Shown: positions 22,294 to 35,300 of the stretch, piece after piece | Position numbering within the stretch: position 1 is the stretch's first letter | Layout: every line of letters starts with the position of its first letter | NCBI RefSeq assembly: GCF_018977255.1 | Contig: NW_024705402.1 | Location: forward strand, 1 to 47,926 | From: Callorhinchus milii | Taxonomy: Eukaryota | DNA: 47,926 nucleotides | Direction: 5' to 3' | Made by a program: the position numbers and the translations under genes | Notes under the pieces: model-generated | Told to the model about the DNA's origin: nothing | Seen by the model: the letters and a program-made list of their open reading frames with translations, nothing else | The model's database searches: none

Positions 22294-25200
22294 CAGATAT
22301 ATATGAAGGAGGCATCATCGCAGTGAAACACCGCTCCACCACTTCTGACGTTGTTCTCTGCTCAACCCACCACAATGTAAAATCGCAGTTGTTGCCCTCC
22401 ATCAGCGTCTCAGCTATCCGGAGGAGAAGAAGACGATGCCCTTAAAGCACTGTAACTAAATTTACCGAAAACCGCGTTTGTAAAAGTGTCCGCTCAGAAA
22501 GTAAAAACCACGCCGCAGGTTAAGAAGTTAAAGCCTCTCAAATCCAAAATTGGCATGAGCAGCCAAGGGGAGCGTGTGGGGGGTATTAGCACTGGCGCTG
22601 GGAGTGCCGGGGGGGGGGGGGACACGTGGCGGGGGCAGCCGTGAACGCGCGCGTGTGCCAACAGTGACCTCGACTGAGTCTGCTCATCACTTCTTGCAAG
22701 CCAGCACCCACCCCCCCCCCAAATCCCCCATCCTCCAACCAACCCCCTGCTAGTTGCAGGGGTCAGGGGTCACGGGTCGGGTCACCCGGCATGCCGCCGC
22801 ACGCGTGCACACCCAAAAGCGTCCTGCCGGTGCATTCCTCTCGGCCCGCTTGTCGGCACAGCGCACACTCCCCACGTGCCCTGTTTACTCAGAGGTCGGC
22901 ACTGCCACCCCGGGGCCGCCTCGTACCGCCGTGACCATTGGGGCCTTGGCTTTAACAAAAAAAATGTCGCTGGGCTCCGGTTTTTGGCACACGTGTGCAC
23001 AATCCAAATGGGGAACAGGGCGGGGGTAGGTCAAGGAAGCCCGTGCCACGTTTCGTGAGTTATCGCCCGTGCAGGTGTTATTGGCTTAACCCTTTCACTT
23101 GTCGGCGTCGGGGTGCGCCGATTGTTCGTCGATGGCGGCGCTGCAGCAGCGGCGGCCATCGTTATTTTGCGCCACCCTGCATCGTCGACGATTCAACGAC
23201 GGCGGTGATTCGTGTTCATTTTTCGCGAATGGCTTTGGATGGCACGTTCAAAAAAGCCCATGCCCCAGGTCAAGGAGGCAAAGGACAACTTGGGGTGAAG
23301 CTGAGTGTATCAGCTCCGTACCTACGCTGAATTACTGAGGTTCACGACGGCTCGCAGTCCGATCCACAGACTGCTCAGGGTGCTGAGCTTTTACTGATTT
23401 TGTGTGCAAACAATGGTCCCGGGAAGTGGAGGGTGTGTAGTGAAACGCGGCGCACTGCACGACGTACCTGGCAATTTGAGTTTGATTCCATGCCGTGGCT
23501 GACATCCGTGGTGAGTGATATCAGAACTGGTCCTGCCGCTCCCCGCTGATCAGCGTGGTGGTGAAGTATGATAGAACAACCCCCTCAACCTATGTATGTG
23601 GAAGCCTTTATCTTGCACTGGATTAACAAAGGGCTCTGGGTTGTTATGACAGTTTTCTATGCATCGAGGCTTGTAATATATTTGTGATACGTGTGGCATT
23701 GTTTTTGTACTGTTCACCTTTTGACGTTCTCTGGTCTGACACTGGTGAACTAGGCCTGAAAGAAGGCCGTCTCTCGTGTAGGCCAAACAGTTTCAAAGAC
23801 AATGCATATTTAATTGTCAGAGTATGTTTTTTGCATGTTCACCACAAGTACGTGTGGTTAATTCAGACTTGATGCCTTGCAAAAAGGTTTCTATTTTGTG
23901 TTGGAACATCTTAACACCTCCTGTTTTATTAGCCAAAAGGGTAAAACCCATTCTTATTTTTAATACTTTTATACTGGCAAAAAAGGTCTCATTTTTAATA
24001 TATTTGTTGGAAGTGGAATCATATGATCATGCTGCGGTATGTTTCTTAAGCCATGTAGAAGTTTGGGCTCTAATAATTGTGTCACACAGTACTGTGGGTT
24101 CTTGTCCAACATATACACAAGTTAGTCTATAAACAATCTGCTTCTCGGCAAAGGCCTTCTGCACCAACGTTACATAATAGTTTTAGTTTAAGCAGGCAAA
24201 CACTGGAATGATTTTGACATTCTGGGTCTCATCTGCAATTTGACAGTCAGAACTGGTAACACAATTAGAACGTTTTCATTTTGTTAAATTACAAAACTGT
24301 GCTGGTGTTCTTCCTTGACTTTGTTCATAGATTGTCTAGCGAGTAACGGTTTTTTTTTATTTCATGAATGCAATGTATTTTTTTTAATAAAGATCTGATG
24401 CTGGCAATCAGGTTGTGAGACGTTGTCCATCCCTCACCCCTATCCACCATTGAGGTCTCGCCTTTCAAATGAAGCCACTCGCGACCTCATTAAATTATTA
24501 AGGAGAGTTCAAATGGAGGCACCAGTAATTACATGTCGTTTAGATGTTCCAGCTATGTGGTTAGCATTATACTGTATGGAAAAAACTATATCCTGCGAAC
24601 ACACCCCCGCACTCCACCTCTACCGAACCACGACCACCGTTGCTTCACGTCTGAAAACCAAGCAACGAACACTGACAAAGCCTCCGTGCAAGGTTTCAGA
24701 TTAATGTGCACGCTTACAATTGTGTTGCAGCTTCTTTAAATAGAGTGAAACCGCGATACAGCCGCTCCTCCAATGGACAGCCAAGTTGAGCGTTAGTTGC
24801 GGGCAAAACGCTCACGGTTCACGGAACATTTGTATCGAGTTTTAGGGCTTTATGATTATTATTTTCTTATTCACCCTCAATTCTATCCTGATTGCGCGAT
24901 CCGCAGCAGTCACGAGACGAAATATCGTTAGGATCCCTTGGAAGTGGATGTCGCAGAGCCACTTCTGAGATCCCTTTCAGGTGACTCTGTTAGAAGGCCA
25001 GCACTCTCCCACCAAAACCAATCGTTTGAATTCTCAGGGATCGAATTTGGCCAAATTACGTGTCGAACCAAATCGAATGTCGTTTTTTTTTACATGGATA
25101 CATATATACCGTATACAGTCAGTGGTGGCCGTGCCGAGACCATCGACCACTTGAGTTGAAACCCAGTGAAGTCGCGGGCGGCTGCCTTGATTCGAAGTTA

Positions 25201-25329
25201 GGATCACAGCTCGGAGCTCTGACCTCTGAGTCACCCCGGCCACCTCCTTGTTGTACTTAAAACGTGGGATGGTAGATGTGGGAAAACGCGCGAGGAGACA
25301 TTACGTGAGGATTCCCTCTTAATTTTAGT

Positions 25330-25617
25330 AGGTGCCACGGTGGAAAGATGATTACTACTTCCCTCTATACAGTAGGGCGTGGGTTCGATCCGACCCCGCC
25401 TGACGCCGGCCGTGGATTTTGAGTTTGCGTGTCTCTCCCCGTGGTCGGGTGGATTTTTGCCTGGGTCCTCCGGTTTTCCCTCCACATTTAGCAACATGCG
25501 TTTCGAGTATCTGGCTCCTATAAATGTCCACGCAAAAGCCACTTCGTTGAGCTATCATTATTACCAGGTGGCTTCTGAAAAAAACTACACAGCTCAGTGG
25601 CCGTGGTAAAATAAAAC
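25330..25617 (+). mobile_element. V-SINE, full length, diverged
   Basis: B box GGTTCGATCC, V-domain-like core and tail colinear with 1223-1544. Confidence 0.85.
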
Positions 25618-25778
25618 ATCTTATATAGTTTTAAAATAGTTTGAAGTTTCCACGTTAATAAAACATTTTTTATTTTGCTTGGGATACATTTGCTTTTAAT
25701 TCTTCTTGGGGTTTCTATCTTATTTAGTTTGATAGGAAAAGCAGGCTACCTCTAGAAAACCGGCGTATACAGGAGAAC

Positions 25779-26125
25779 AACAATAAGATAAGATTGATAA
25801 TCATCAGAGTAGTGAGGAGAATACCCAATAAGATAAGATTGATCATTTTAGTAGTGAAGAGATAAAAATTAGATGAGAATGATAATCATCATAGTAGCGA
25901 GGGGGGGGAAATTAGATAAGAATGATAATTATCTTAGTAGGGAGGGGAAAACTAATGAAATCAGAATGATAATCATCATAGTAGTCAGGAAAAAAACCAT
26001 GAGATCATAATGATAATCATCATATATGTCAGAGAAAAACAATGAGAATGAATGATAATGATCATATAATGAGGGGGAAAACAACGAGATGAGAATGATA
26101 ATCATTATCAAAGTGGTGATACTCA
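25779..26125. repeat. degenerate ~35-40 bp purine-rich repeat (GATGAGAATGATAATCATCATAGTAG...)
   Basis: The AGA(A/T)TGATAATCAT core recurs several times. Confidence 0.75.
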
Positions 26126-26210
26126 TTTTTGTACATTTGGTATTTTACCATTCTTCTAGCACAAAGTTCTTATTTTTATGAACTGATACTCATTTAACAA
26201 GAGTAAAATC

Positions 26211-26334
26211 TTGACTTAAAACTTTCGTGACTGCAGGAATACATATTCTATGGGTCTTTAGGTAAAGCCACGTCGATAGAAAATAAATATCATGATGTTT
26301 CATCGGTAACACAAACAATCGTCTTCAGGTGAGA
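26211..26334 (-). mobile_element. Penelope-like family P1 copy with degenerate hammerhead
   Basis: The minus strand reads TCAC-CTGAAGA-CGATTGTTTGTGTTACCGAT-GAAA-CA-TC-ATGA and is homologous to 15133-15259. Confidence 0.6.
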
Positions 26335-26619
26335 GAGAAAGCTGCTGAGACAAGGTCTTATATAGGCCTGAGATGGGTGCATCAAACATTAACAAGTGTT
26401 CTGAGATGCCAACCAAAGGTATCAATGTGTTTGTTATTATATATGCTGGTAATAATATGCTGCCCGTAGGCCTTCTAAGTCCATATTTTAATATATCCAT
26501 TTATTGTCCTCGAATGTTTTTGGAATGTTTTGTACTAAACGTTGAGTTTAATAGCAATTCCCTGGGTTTCCAAGAGGAAGTGTAAAAATGTACTCGGTGT
26601 GTTCAAATCAAAATGTAAG

Positions 26620-26652
26620 TGTGTTTGTTGAACTTCTTTTGCACCGTACATA
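26620..26652 (-). mobile_element. L2-type LINE extreme 3' end
   Basis: GTTGAACTTCTTTTGCACCGTAC. Confidence 0.5.
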
Positions 26653-26793
26653 ACGAAGCATATGGGAAGTGAGTTTTATGGTTTACGACTCTTAAATTGT
26701 TTGGCACTAACCGGCGACTTTTTGGCAAGGCGTGCTTTAAATCCTCGCTTTGTAACTGTGATTGTATAGAATCTATCGGTCACATTGTAAATG

Positions 26794-27337
26794 TGTAGTG
26801 ACATATGACGCCACTACTGTGTCGGGACTGTACGAGCGTAGTGACATATGACGTCACTATTGTGTTGGCTCTGTACGGGGACTGTAGGCGGGGTGTCACA
26901 GAGGTCGCGTCAGGCCGTGACACTCTGCATGAACCCAACAGGACACGTGACTGGACAAAGTGGGGCTGGGGGACCCAGGGGGAGCTTGGTGGTCACGTGG
27001 TAAGGGGCCCGGACTTTCCCGAAGGATCGGGAAGGGGTGCGTGGCCGAGGCCGGGGTCGGCCACGCCGCAGCAGTTATAAGCTGGATGTAAAGAGAGATA
27101 TTGGCTGTTCAACCCTTGGATGAAGACGCCATCAGCGGTCCTCAAGTCTCTGATCTTTGTCCATGACCAGGCAGCCTGTTAACCTGCCCTGGTCACGTTA
27201 TGTAGTATTTCCCCCGAGTGCTGGTTAAAATAGGAATGGTGGTCACCACCTTAAGTATAGTATTCAAGTTGGTTGTTACGTGTTAATAAATAGTGTTGCC
27301 TCCAAGTTGAGTGTGCGCCTCAATTGAACTCATTACA
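26794..27337 (+). repeat. 5' LTR (544 bp)
   Basis: TGTAGTG...CATTACA, with TATAA and AATAAA. About 94% identical to 30285-30826 by manual count. Confidence 0.95.
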
Positions 27338-27339
27338 AC

Positions 27340-27354
27340 TGGTGCCAGAAGTGG
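27340..27354 (+). promoter_or_regulatory. primer-binding site, tRNA-Leu type
   Basis: TGGTGCCAGAAGTGG lies 2 nt after the LTR and matches TGGTGTCAGAAGTGG, the complement of the vertebrate tRNA-Leu(CAA) 3' end as I recall it, at 14/15. Confidence 0.8.
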
Positions 27355-27427
27355 TAAAACATTTTCTAAGTTGTAGGCTTAGTATTAGTGAGGCGGTATG
27401 TTGATGCCATGCAGACAACCCACCAAA

Positions 27428-28515
27428 ATGTCCTCGGGCAACGAAGACGAGGAAGAGACCTTCCCTCCAACAGCCATGGGGATAGCTTCCCCGGAAGGTG
27501 CAGGCGAGGCTTGGTCGCCGGCGGAGCAGCGCTGCGCGACTCAAGCAGCCGCGTCACCGCCATCGCGGAGAGATCGCCGCCCTGCCCACGTGAGCACTGT
27601 ATCCGTGCTGGTCGCCGAGCTCGCCCGGCGGAGCCGGCGACGGAGGATGCTGCCCCGGAGCCGTGTGGCGCCAACCTCGCTGCCGCTGCCGTCCGCACCA
27701 CGATTCCCCCTGGCCATTTTGGCGGGGCACGGGAAGCGGAGCCTGCCATTTCCTCCTTCCCGCCAAGTTCGCCGCGGGAGATTCTAGCGCTGCAACGTCG
27801 ACTCCCATTCCTTAGGAGAGTTTGGTGGCGGCTGGCGAGGATTTGGAGGCGTTCAAATGACGCTTCTCCACAAACTGCACGCTGGCGGGCTGGACGGAGG
27901 CAAAGGCGTTGAAGGCGCTTCCCACCACCCTCGACGACGATGCTTTAGCGGCATTTTATGCCATCCCACTGGGAGAGAGGACCACGTTATTGCAGGCCTT
28001 TGCACAGATGGCTGCGGTATACGACCTGCTGTCGAGCATTCGACACAAGTTCGCTGCGCGGAGGCGGGGGGAGGCCGAGACGCCCCTCGCCTTCCGCAGC
28101 GCTCTCCTGTCCTTGGCGCAGGCAGCGTTCCCGAAGATGGAGCCAGCAGGGGTTGATTCTTTGGTCCTAGAATGGTTGCTGGTGCTGGTGAAGGCATTGA
28201 ACATCGCCTTGCCCGATGTATTCAAGCTCACCTGAATCTCAAGCGTCGAACCGGGCTGGTGACGTTCACTGCACCCGCAGAGGTGCATCAGAAGAGGACG
28301 AGCCAGCCCTGGCCTGCGCCGCGGTCGACAGCGGAGGTTGGCGGAGGCGCGATGAAGAGCAACGAGGGAGACGCGATCGTTCTCGAGGAACCTTCCCTCA
28401 TCCTGACAACAACCCCATCGTCTGCTACAACTCTGGGCTGCCAGGACACGTCTCATCAGGATGCCACGCTGAAGTTGATGGCATCCCAGATGCCGTCAAC
28501 TTCAAGGAGCCCTAA
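27428..28515 (+). pseudogene. gag: gypsy gag remnant (frameshifted) with degenerate CCHC knuckle
   Basis: GWTEAKALKALPTTLDDDALAAFYAIP...HKFAARRRGEAETPLAFRSALLSLAQAAFP capsid-like segment. CYNSGLPGHVSSGC at 28423-28464. Confidence 0.8.
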
Positions 28516-28689
28516 GGCGAGTCGCGGCATACCACACACTCGGCCTCGTTCCAAACTCACCAATCTCATTCTCGTGTCAGTTCGCGTCCGGTTGTTGTTC
28601 GCCCTCGTCGGATCGTGGCGCGTGAGGGGTCAGTTGTGTTGGGTGATGGCTGGCCCCTCCGGTCGGCTCAGTGGTCGCAGTTGGCCCAC

Positions 28690-29580
28690 CGTGTTGTTGC
28701 CGCGGCGGTGGGATCATCGGTGGTCATCGGAACGATACAGGGGGTAGAGGTGCAGGTGCTCATCGACACGGGGGCATCTGCCACCATTATTTCCGAATTT
28801 ATTTTTTATATTTTGCCCCGAGGATGTCGTTTCTTACACCCTGTTACCGTTCGGTACTTTGCCACTAACGAGGATTCATTAGGCATTATAGGCCAGATAA
28901 TGGCGACATTAAATTGGCAGGGCCTGTCCTGGTTTCCACCTCCCTGGCTGTGCCCTGTCTGTTAGGGACCATTTTCCTGAGTAAAATGCCCTTAAAAATC
29001 TTGATAGATCAAGGATGTTTGGAATTGCTCTCGGGCCATCTCATCGCATTCTTGTCTTGCCCCACTCGAGTGTGCATGGCTAACGTGACTGTCCAGGCGC
29101 TAGCTAGCGTCACGGTTAAGATCCCCCCGGAGTGCAAATGCTTGTTCCCTGCAGCGGCGAAAACCGCTCTTTATGGGAGGCCACCATGGGAAGGGTCGTG
29201 TTAGGACCCTCTAACAGGGCGGTCCAGGGGAAGATGCTCATGGGGGCTCAGATGGTGATCTATAGGGAGCAACAGCCGTTCATTCAGATCCTCAATGTGA
29301 GGCCAGATGCGTCAGTTATACAGGCGGGCACAGTGCTGGCCCACGAGTCGACCACGAAGGAGGACGGTAACATTGTGGGGGGAGTGAGGGTCGCGTCAGC
29401 CACGGACCAAGGGCAGGTCAGCAAGGACAGCTGGGTGGATGCCCTCTGCTCCGAAAATTTGGCCTTGTCCGACGCCCAGAGGTACGCGCTGCGCACGCTG
29501 TTGCTTGAGTTAGCAAATTTTTTAGCAAGAGTAAATTTGACATTGGCCGCACGACCCTCCTAAGCCACCATATTGATACA
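28690..29580 (+). pseudogene. pol: pol remnant: aspartic protease plus linker, truncated at the start of RT
   Basis: VIGTIQGVEVQVLIDTGASATIIS (DTG at 28765-28773). LSDAQRYALRTLLLE, then DIGRTTLLSHHIDT (~29540-29580), typical of the sequence just before gypsy RT. Confidence 0.8.
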
Positions 29581-30268
29581 GTTGTTGCTCCCTGTCACAT
29601 CCCTTCATCTCCAATCCACGAGGGCCGAGTGTCGGGTGTGCCGGGCGAGCTGGGGTGCGCACCCACTGAGGTTGTTCCTCAGGGTGGTTCTGCGGTCCCG
29701 CCCACAGGACCGGAGTGCGTCATGCCCTCAACGTCGCCGGCTGCTCCTGTTCCAGATGCTCTGCTTGATGGGGAGCGACCGTTGACCAGCCGTTCTCCAC
29801 CGGCGCTGTCATCTCCTATGGAAGGACCGCAGCCGTCGGCCCATATTCAAGTCCCCCCGAGCCTCCCTGGGAGCTCAGGCCCACCTCGCCTGGGGGCCCG
29901 GCCACGTGAACTCATTCTAAGACTGGCCGCTTTACATGACTTTCACACACCATGCTGTTGCCTACACCGTCGTTCAACAGTCACACTCACATGTCAAAGG
30001 AGGTCATTGGCTGAAACTGGCCTTTTATTGTAGTGTGCATGCTGGGGAGTAAGCGGGTGAGCCAGTATCATGTACATTTGTTGTTGTTGATTCCCCTCTT
30101 TCCATGCGTTCTACTTTCCTTTCTCCCCCCCCTCTCTCGGAATGTGTACATATTTTATATGCGGTATTTATTATCAGTCGCCGGTTATTTATTGATGTTG
30201 TTTTTTGGGAGACACACTTTTCTATTCTTCCACAGATGCGTTACAGCCGGGATGGCTGTGTGTTACAC

Positions 30269-30284
30269 GAGGGGGGGGGGGTGA
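30269..30284 (+). promoter_or_regulatory. polypurine tract
   Basis: GA followed by a G run and TGA, immediately before the 3' LTR. Confidence 0.8.
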
Positions 30285-30826
30285 TGTAGTGACATACGAT
30301 GTCACTACTGTGTCGGGACTGTACGAGCGTAGTGACATATGACGTCACTACTGTGTTGGCTCTGTACGGGGACTGTAGGTGGGGTGTCACAGAGGTCGCG
30401 TCAGGCCGTGACACTCTGCGTGAACCCGACAGGACACGTGACCGGACAAAGGGGGGCTGGGGGCCCCAGGGGGGAGCTTGGTGGTCACATGGTAAGGGGC
30501 TCGGACCTTCCCAAAGGATCGGGAAGGGGAGTGTGGCGGGGCCGGGGTCGGCCACACCGCAGCAGTTATAAGCTGGGTGTAAAGAGAGATATTGGCTGTT
30601 CAACCCCAGGATGAAGACGCCATCAGCGGTCCTCGAGTCTCCGATCTTCGTCCATGACCAGGCAGCCTGTTAACCTGCCCTGGTCACGTTATGTAGTATT
30701 TCCCCGAGTGTTAGTTAAAATAGGAATGGTGGTCACCACCTTAGTATAGTATTCAAGTTGGTTGTTACGTGTTAATAAATAGTGTTACCTCCAAGTTGAG
30801 TGTGAGCCTTAATCGAACCCATTACA
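30285..30826 (+). repeat. 3' LTR (542 bp)
   Basis: TGTAGTG...CATTACA, a direct repeat of 26794-27337. Confidence 0.95.
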
Positions 30827-32275
30827 ACTGCATATGTCCAAGAAAAATGAAACAAACGTTGCATACATTTTCATTGTGTCCATGAGTATGAAACTTTTTG
30901 TTGTTGTGTCGTAGCAGTATTTGTACGTTCATCCATCCTATCAATTTTCAAAATAACCTTTCTCTCAATAAACCACACCTTCTATGAACAAACAAGGAAT
31001 TGGAAACCCACTCATTGATCGTTTTACTCATAGGCAATATCCTGTTGAGCATTTTCCTATTTAATACGCTACTATATATCGTTGTTTCTATGTAAATGGA
31101 ATACATCTGTCCAGCACCTCGCATACAACCCTACAAAGAATTTTCCAAAGGCAGTGCCTCATCTATCACGAGAAGCCAGTGACTTGGCATGAGCTGCTTC
31201 ACAAAACCATGAAGGACGTAAGAAGAAAAAATGACTGTAATGAAACCAGCACGATGAAGTAGCTCATTGGGCTGTGGCTAAAAGTGGACATGCTCTCCCA
31301 GTGACACATGCCTAGTATGCGCCCAGAATGCCTTGCTGCCACACAGCATTCCATTTAGGGCGTTACAATGCAATGCCTCAGGCCATATCATCTGTATGGT
31401 ATGATTTTGTTTAATGATTATAATTTAGCAATAGTATTGACACTGTTGCATCATGAGATGCGATATTGCTAGCCACGTGCATGGATGGAGCATTTTATCG
31501 GTGTAAAAGCCCTCCGTGCCGACCGTTTTAAACGTCGCTTGAGCCATAATCCTGGTGTCACCCGCACGTCAATGAGCTCCCCATTCTCTGCCTGGGCTCT
31601 CATGTGGACCTATAAATCTGACCGCAGAATTTCATTCTTGACGCGTTCAATGTGGCTTGTTGTGACCAGGAACTGACAATCAGCCCGGCCAACACACGAA
31701 ACAAAGGGGGCTTGCCTTTCAAACGCACGCGCCCCGCCCGCCCGCCCGCCGGCTCCTTTTCAACATTCGTGGCTCCAATTTCACACCCACTTTCGGCGGC
31801 GGCGATACGCCAAGGTTACATCTCCCGCCTCCGCGCGTCTCCCCTCCCTTCCCTCTTCTCTACGCTGCCCTTTCTTTCCTCGCACGCTGCACACACCCCC
31901 CTCTCTTTTTTTGTGCTGCGACAACTGAGACAACAGGCGAGAGTTCCGAAAAAGGAAAAGGGGCCCATCCTGATGGGGGGGCCACACAAGCACACGCGCG
32001 CGGACTCTCTCTCTCTCTCCTCTCTCGTGTGTCGCCGTGGCCTCCCGGGCTCGTGGCTTGCAAAATAAATTTCCAGCCGAGGTGGCGGGTGGGGTGGGGG
32101 GGGGTGATGGCTCACCGAGGCTCGTGTTGAAGAGCCGAGCCAGCAAGACGCTAATCATGCTAATGCCACGTTCCCAGGGCCGCTCAATAGCAGGCTGGCC
32201 TCCTCCGCGGAGGATCGCTCTCGCTGCATCGAATCGTTTCCGCGGTTCAGTTTTGCAAGCGCGAGTTCACATTTT

Positions 32276-32305
32276 NNNNNNNNNNNNNNNNNNNNNNNNN
32301 NNNNN
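32276..32305. other. gap of 30 N
   Basis: Run of N. Confidence 1.
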
Positions 32306-35300
32306 TCAAAATCACCCGATACCGAAGTTCTAACCTTTCCAGTAAATTGATTGATGAAGAATCGAATACCGGTCCATCGATTTGGAAGTATATTTGTGAG
32401 AGGGTTGTTTCTACAGGAGGCTGCCAGGTTCGACTCTCATACTTGCTCCAAGGCAACTAACCATTCATGGATGACATCTCTTAACATAATTGGTGTAGTC
32501 GATAGCGCCGGTGCATTCACGTTGCCAGGCGGAGAAGGCTTACGTCGTACTGTTGCGTTCTAGCATGGACGGTTGTTCAACGTTGATATCTTTGTGTAAT
32601 AATTAGTACTACCTATCAACCTCGTTAATCATTGGGAATGATATGATAAAAACTATCGGGCGTCTTTCCACCAGTTCTAGATGAATGCGTTTTTTGCACG
32701 CGAACCGCAGAATCGCATTTCTTAGGCCCGCGTTAGCCAATGTGTAACCACAGGTCCAAACTCTTCGGTAACCAACGGGAATGTATCAACGAGCAAACGC
32801 ATCCACTTTAGTCGGGACATAAGTTTAGAGTGACGCCGTAAGTCGGGAAGGTTTGAAATGCTGTATTCACTATCGGAATCTACGTGTAATGTTCCATTCT
32901 AGAATGCGACAGCGCGCCCTGGGCTTTCTCCATAGCAAGTGAATGTCATCCATGCCACATTGGATGGATTCATCATCATGGGCTGTCTGCCCGGCAGTAA
33001 CTGTGGAGCTGAGGAAATTCTCTTAGGTCGGCCCTAAGTTGATCGTACCACATCTACCCATACACACTTAGCTCACGTATCTCCGGCTCACTACATAGCT
33101 GCGAGTTCTGAAAGAGATATAGAGTCCCAACAGCGTCAAGTAGCTTGCCTCTAAGGAGCCCTTGCCAGAGCTATATACTAACTGGCTGCAGTTGTTTTAT
33201 ACAAAAAACCCAGCACAAAGACATTCCTTTCAAAACTGGGGGTGTGTGCGTACTGAAGCCTAATTTTATCTAAGAGCAATTAGAAGAGGTGCTTTTAAAA
33301 TAGGTATAGATTTAAAACGGACGACGTTTACACAGAAGGAGGCTTGAAGTTCACGGGTGACAGCGGAAAAGTATGAACCTAACGCGCGACTATAAGAAAG
33401 CTCTACGTCTTGATTGATCATAGGCTATACGAACTGTTGAGTAAGCCGCAACGTGTTCGGGACACATTGTCATCGCCCACCATATGAATCGTTTGTACTG
33501 ATTGCCCTCGGTAGAACACTAACAGTCTGATAGGGTAAGTGCTATTATTCTTGGACTCGGGTGGAGTCGGAACTAGGGATGTCCCGAAGCTGCTGAGGAG
33601 CGTTATGGGAGCGGCGCGTTCTTCTAACTTAGGGCTGAAACGCGCGAGAGGTAACTAACATAATTGCAAGGCACCCATGGATCGAATTGCACAAAAGCAG
33701 AGATACTTTACGACCGGTCGCTTGGCCGGGATGCGTACACGAGAATCTTGTCAAGATAGTTGCATATCTATCTGTCAGAGCGAGGAGGTACCAAGGGAAA
33801 GGGCCGTGGTTAAGATCTCTCAGAACTCAAGATCTGAGCCTTCGCATCTGAATGATAGTCTCTAGAGAGATGAACGCATGCACGACGGCTATGAAGCAGA
33901 CGCAAGAATATCCATGTAAGTTCTTTCAGGAGTTTGTTCCAGCAGCGTAGGTCGAAATGTTCCGAAGCCACAAGATCAATGCTTGAAATAAGAAATATAG
34001 CAACCAATAAGATTAAGCAAGTCCCCACGAATATCCAGGATGTATGCAGCAACGCCCGCGTCTCCTTCGGTCTCTGGCAAAGTCTGATAGTTACCCTCTT
34101 TTGCGACTGTAAGAGAAGTGGTGGCTCGTAGACACTTCAGGCGGTGTGCGTACGTATACCAGCAAGCTCGACTGTTATTTGTTATTCCCCCCCCTATGTC
34201 GGACATCTTTGCAGATCTGGCCCAAGAACCGAAATGGAGGCGTCGAGCGTGAGAAATGTTACGTTACCGCTTAAAGCCTAGGAGAACGCACGTAAGTCGA
34301 CACTCCACCGCGGCGGATGGTCACGTATTGCGCTATATTACCAGCTGCTACGCACAAACCCTGCATATGCCCTAGCGTATTCCCGCATTAGAGATTGCCG
34401 TGCTGGCTCAGAACCCCGGTCGTAAATCGGCCGTATGACTTGTGGCTATTGACTGCCGAGTTATCGAATGATCGGTAACGGGGCCAGATAATCAGAGAAT
34501 ATTGAGAAAAACTCAGCGAGCGAAGGTATCGCAAATGGTAAAAAGCACCTTTTGATGACCCTAAGGGAGCGGGACTGGATACTAAACTTGTACACTCCGC
34601 ACTCACTCTAGCAAAACTCCGGGTTCATGATTATCTGAAGCTCAAAATTTAGGAAAGGGGATCGTATGTGACATCACTATCAAAGTGAAAGTTTTCCACT
34701 GATTATTAATTATATGTACGAGGAATTACTGGCACATCGCTAAGAGAACCGAACATCTTAAGTTATAATGCCACGTTTTGCTAGCGCACGGGCTCATCTA
34801 ACGAAACGCACGCGATGGAATGTCCTAATATTATTTGATGTCGTGCAGGATTATAATCTTGAGTGGTACACCCAGAAAAGACTTTTAGAATGCAAGGCGA
34901 CCAACCTTTTGCTGAGTTGGTCGAAACGGTGCGCCACGCCGACCACATACGGAGACCGGTTGCCACTGTACAACAAAGGTTCGAAATGATGAGGAAAACT
35001 CCGGGTGTGGGAGTTTGGGACTACATTTAAGGATTTTTGCACAGGTACCGCGTGCGACAAATGGGCTACGACACCGGCACTTTTACATCACGGGAGTGGC
35101 GACGGGATGGGGGTCGGTAACGTGGAGCCCACCGCGAATAGTCCTGATAAGAAAGAACAACAAGACTGATTAAGCCGCTGTATCCTCTTAGATATAAGAA
35201 GGGGATTTCGCGCACACTTTCAGATAACAAACCTATTCTGGACGAAGGCTTCACATTCCAGGATTGCATATGGTAAGGCATACCTCAAATGCGAAATGGG

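Larger units (their letters stand above)
26794..30826 (+). mobile_element. Ty3/gypsy LTR retrotransposon, internally deleted and decayed
   Basis: Paired LTRs, PBS, PPT, and gag, zinc-knuckle and protease remnants. Flanks AATG and ACTG give a 4-bp TSD with one mismatch. Confidence 0.95.

Noticed and set aside
23086..23095. TTAACCCTTT as a piggyBac-like terminus
   Set aside because: I found no matching AAAGGGTTAA right end.
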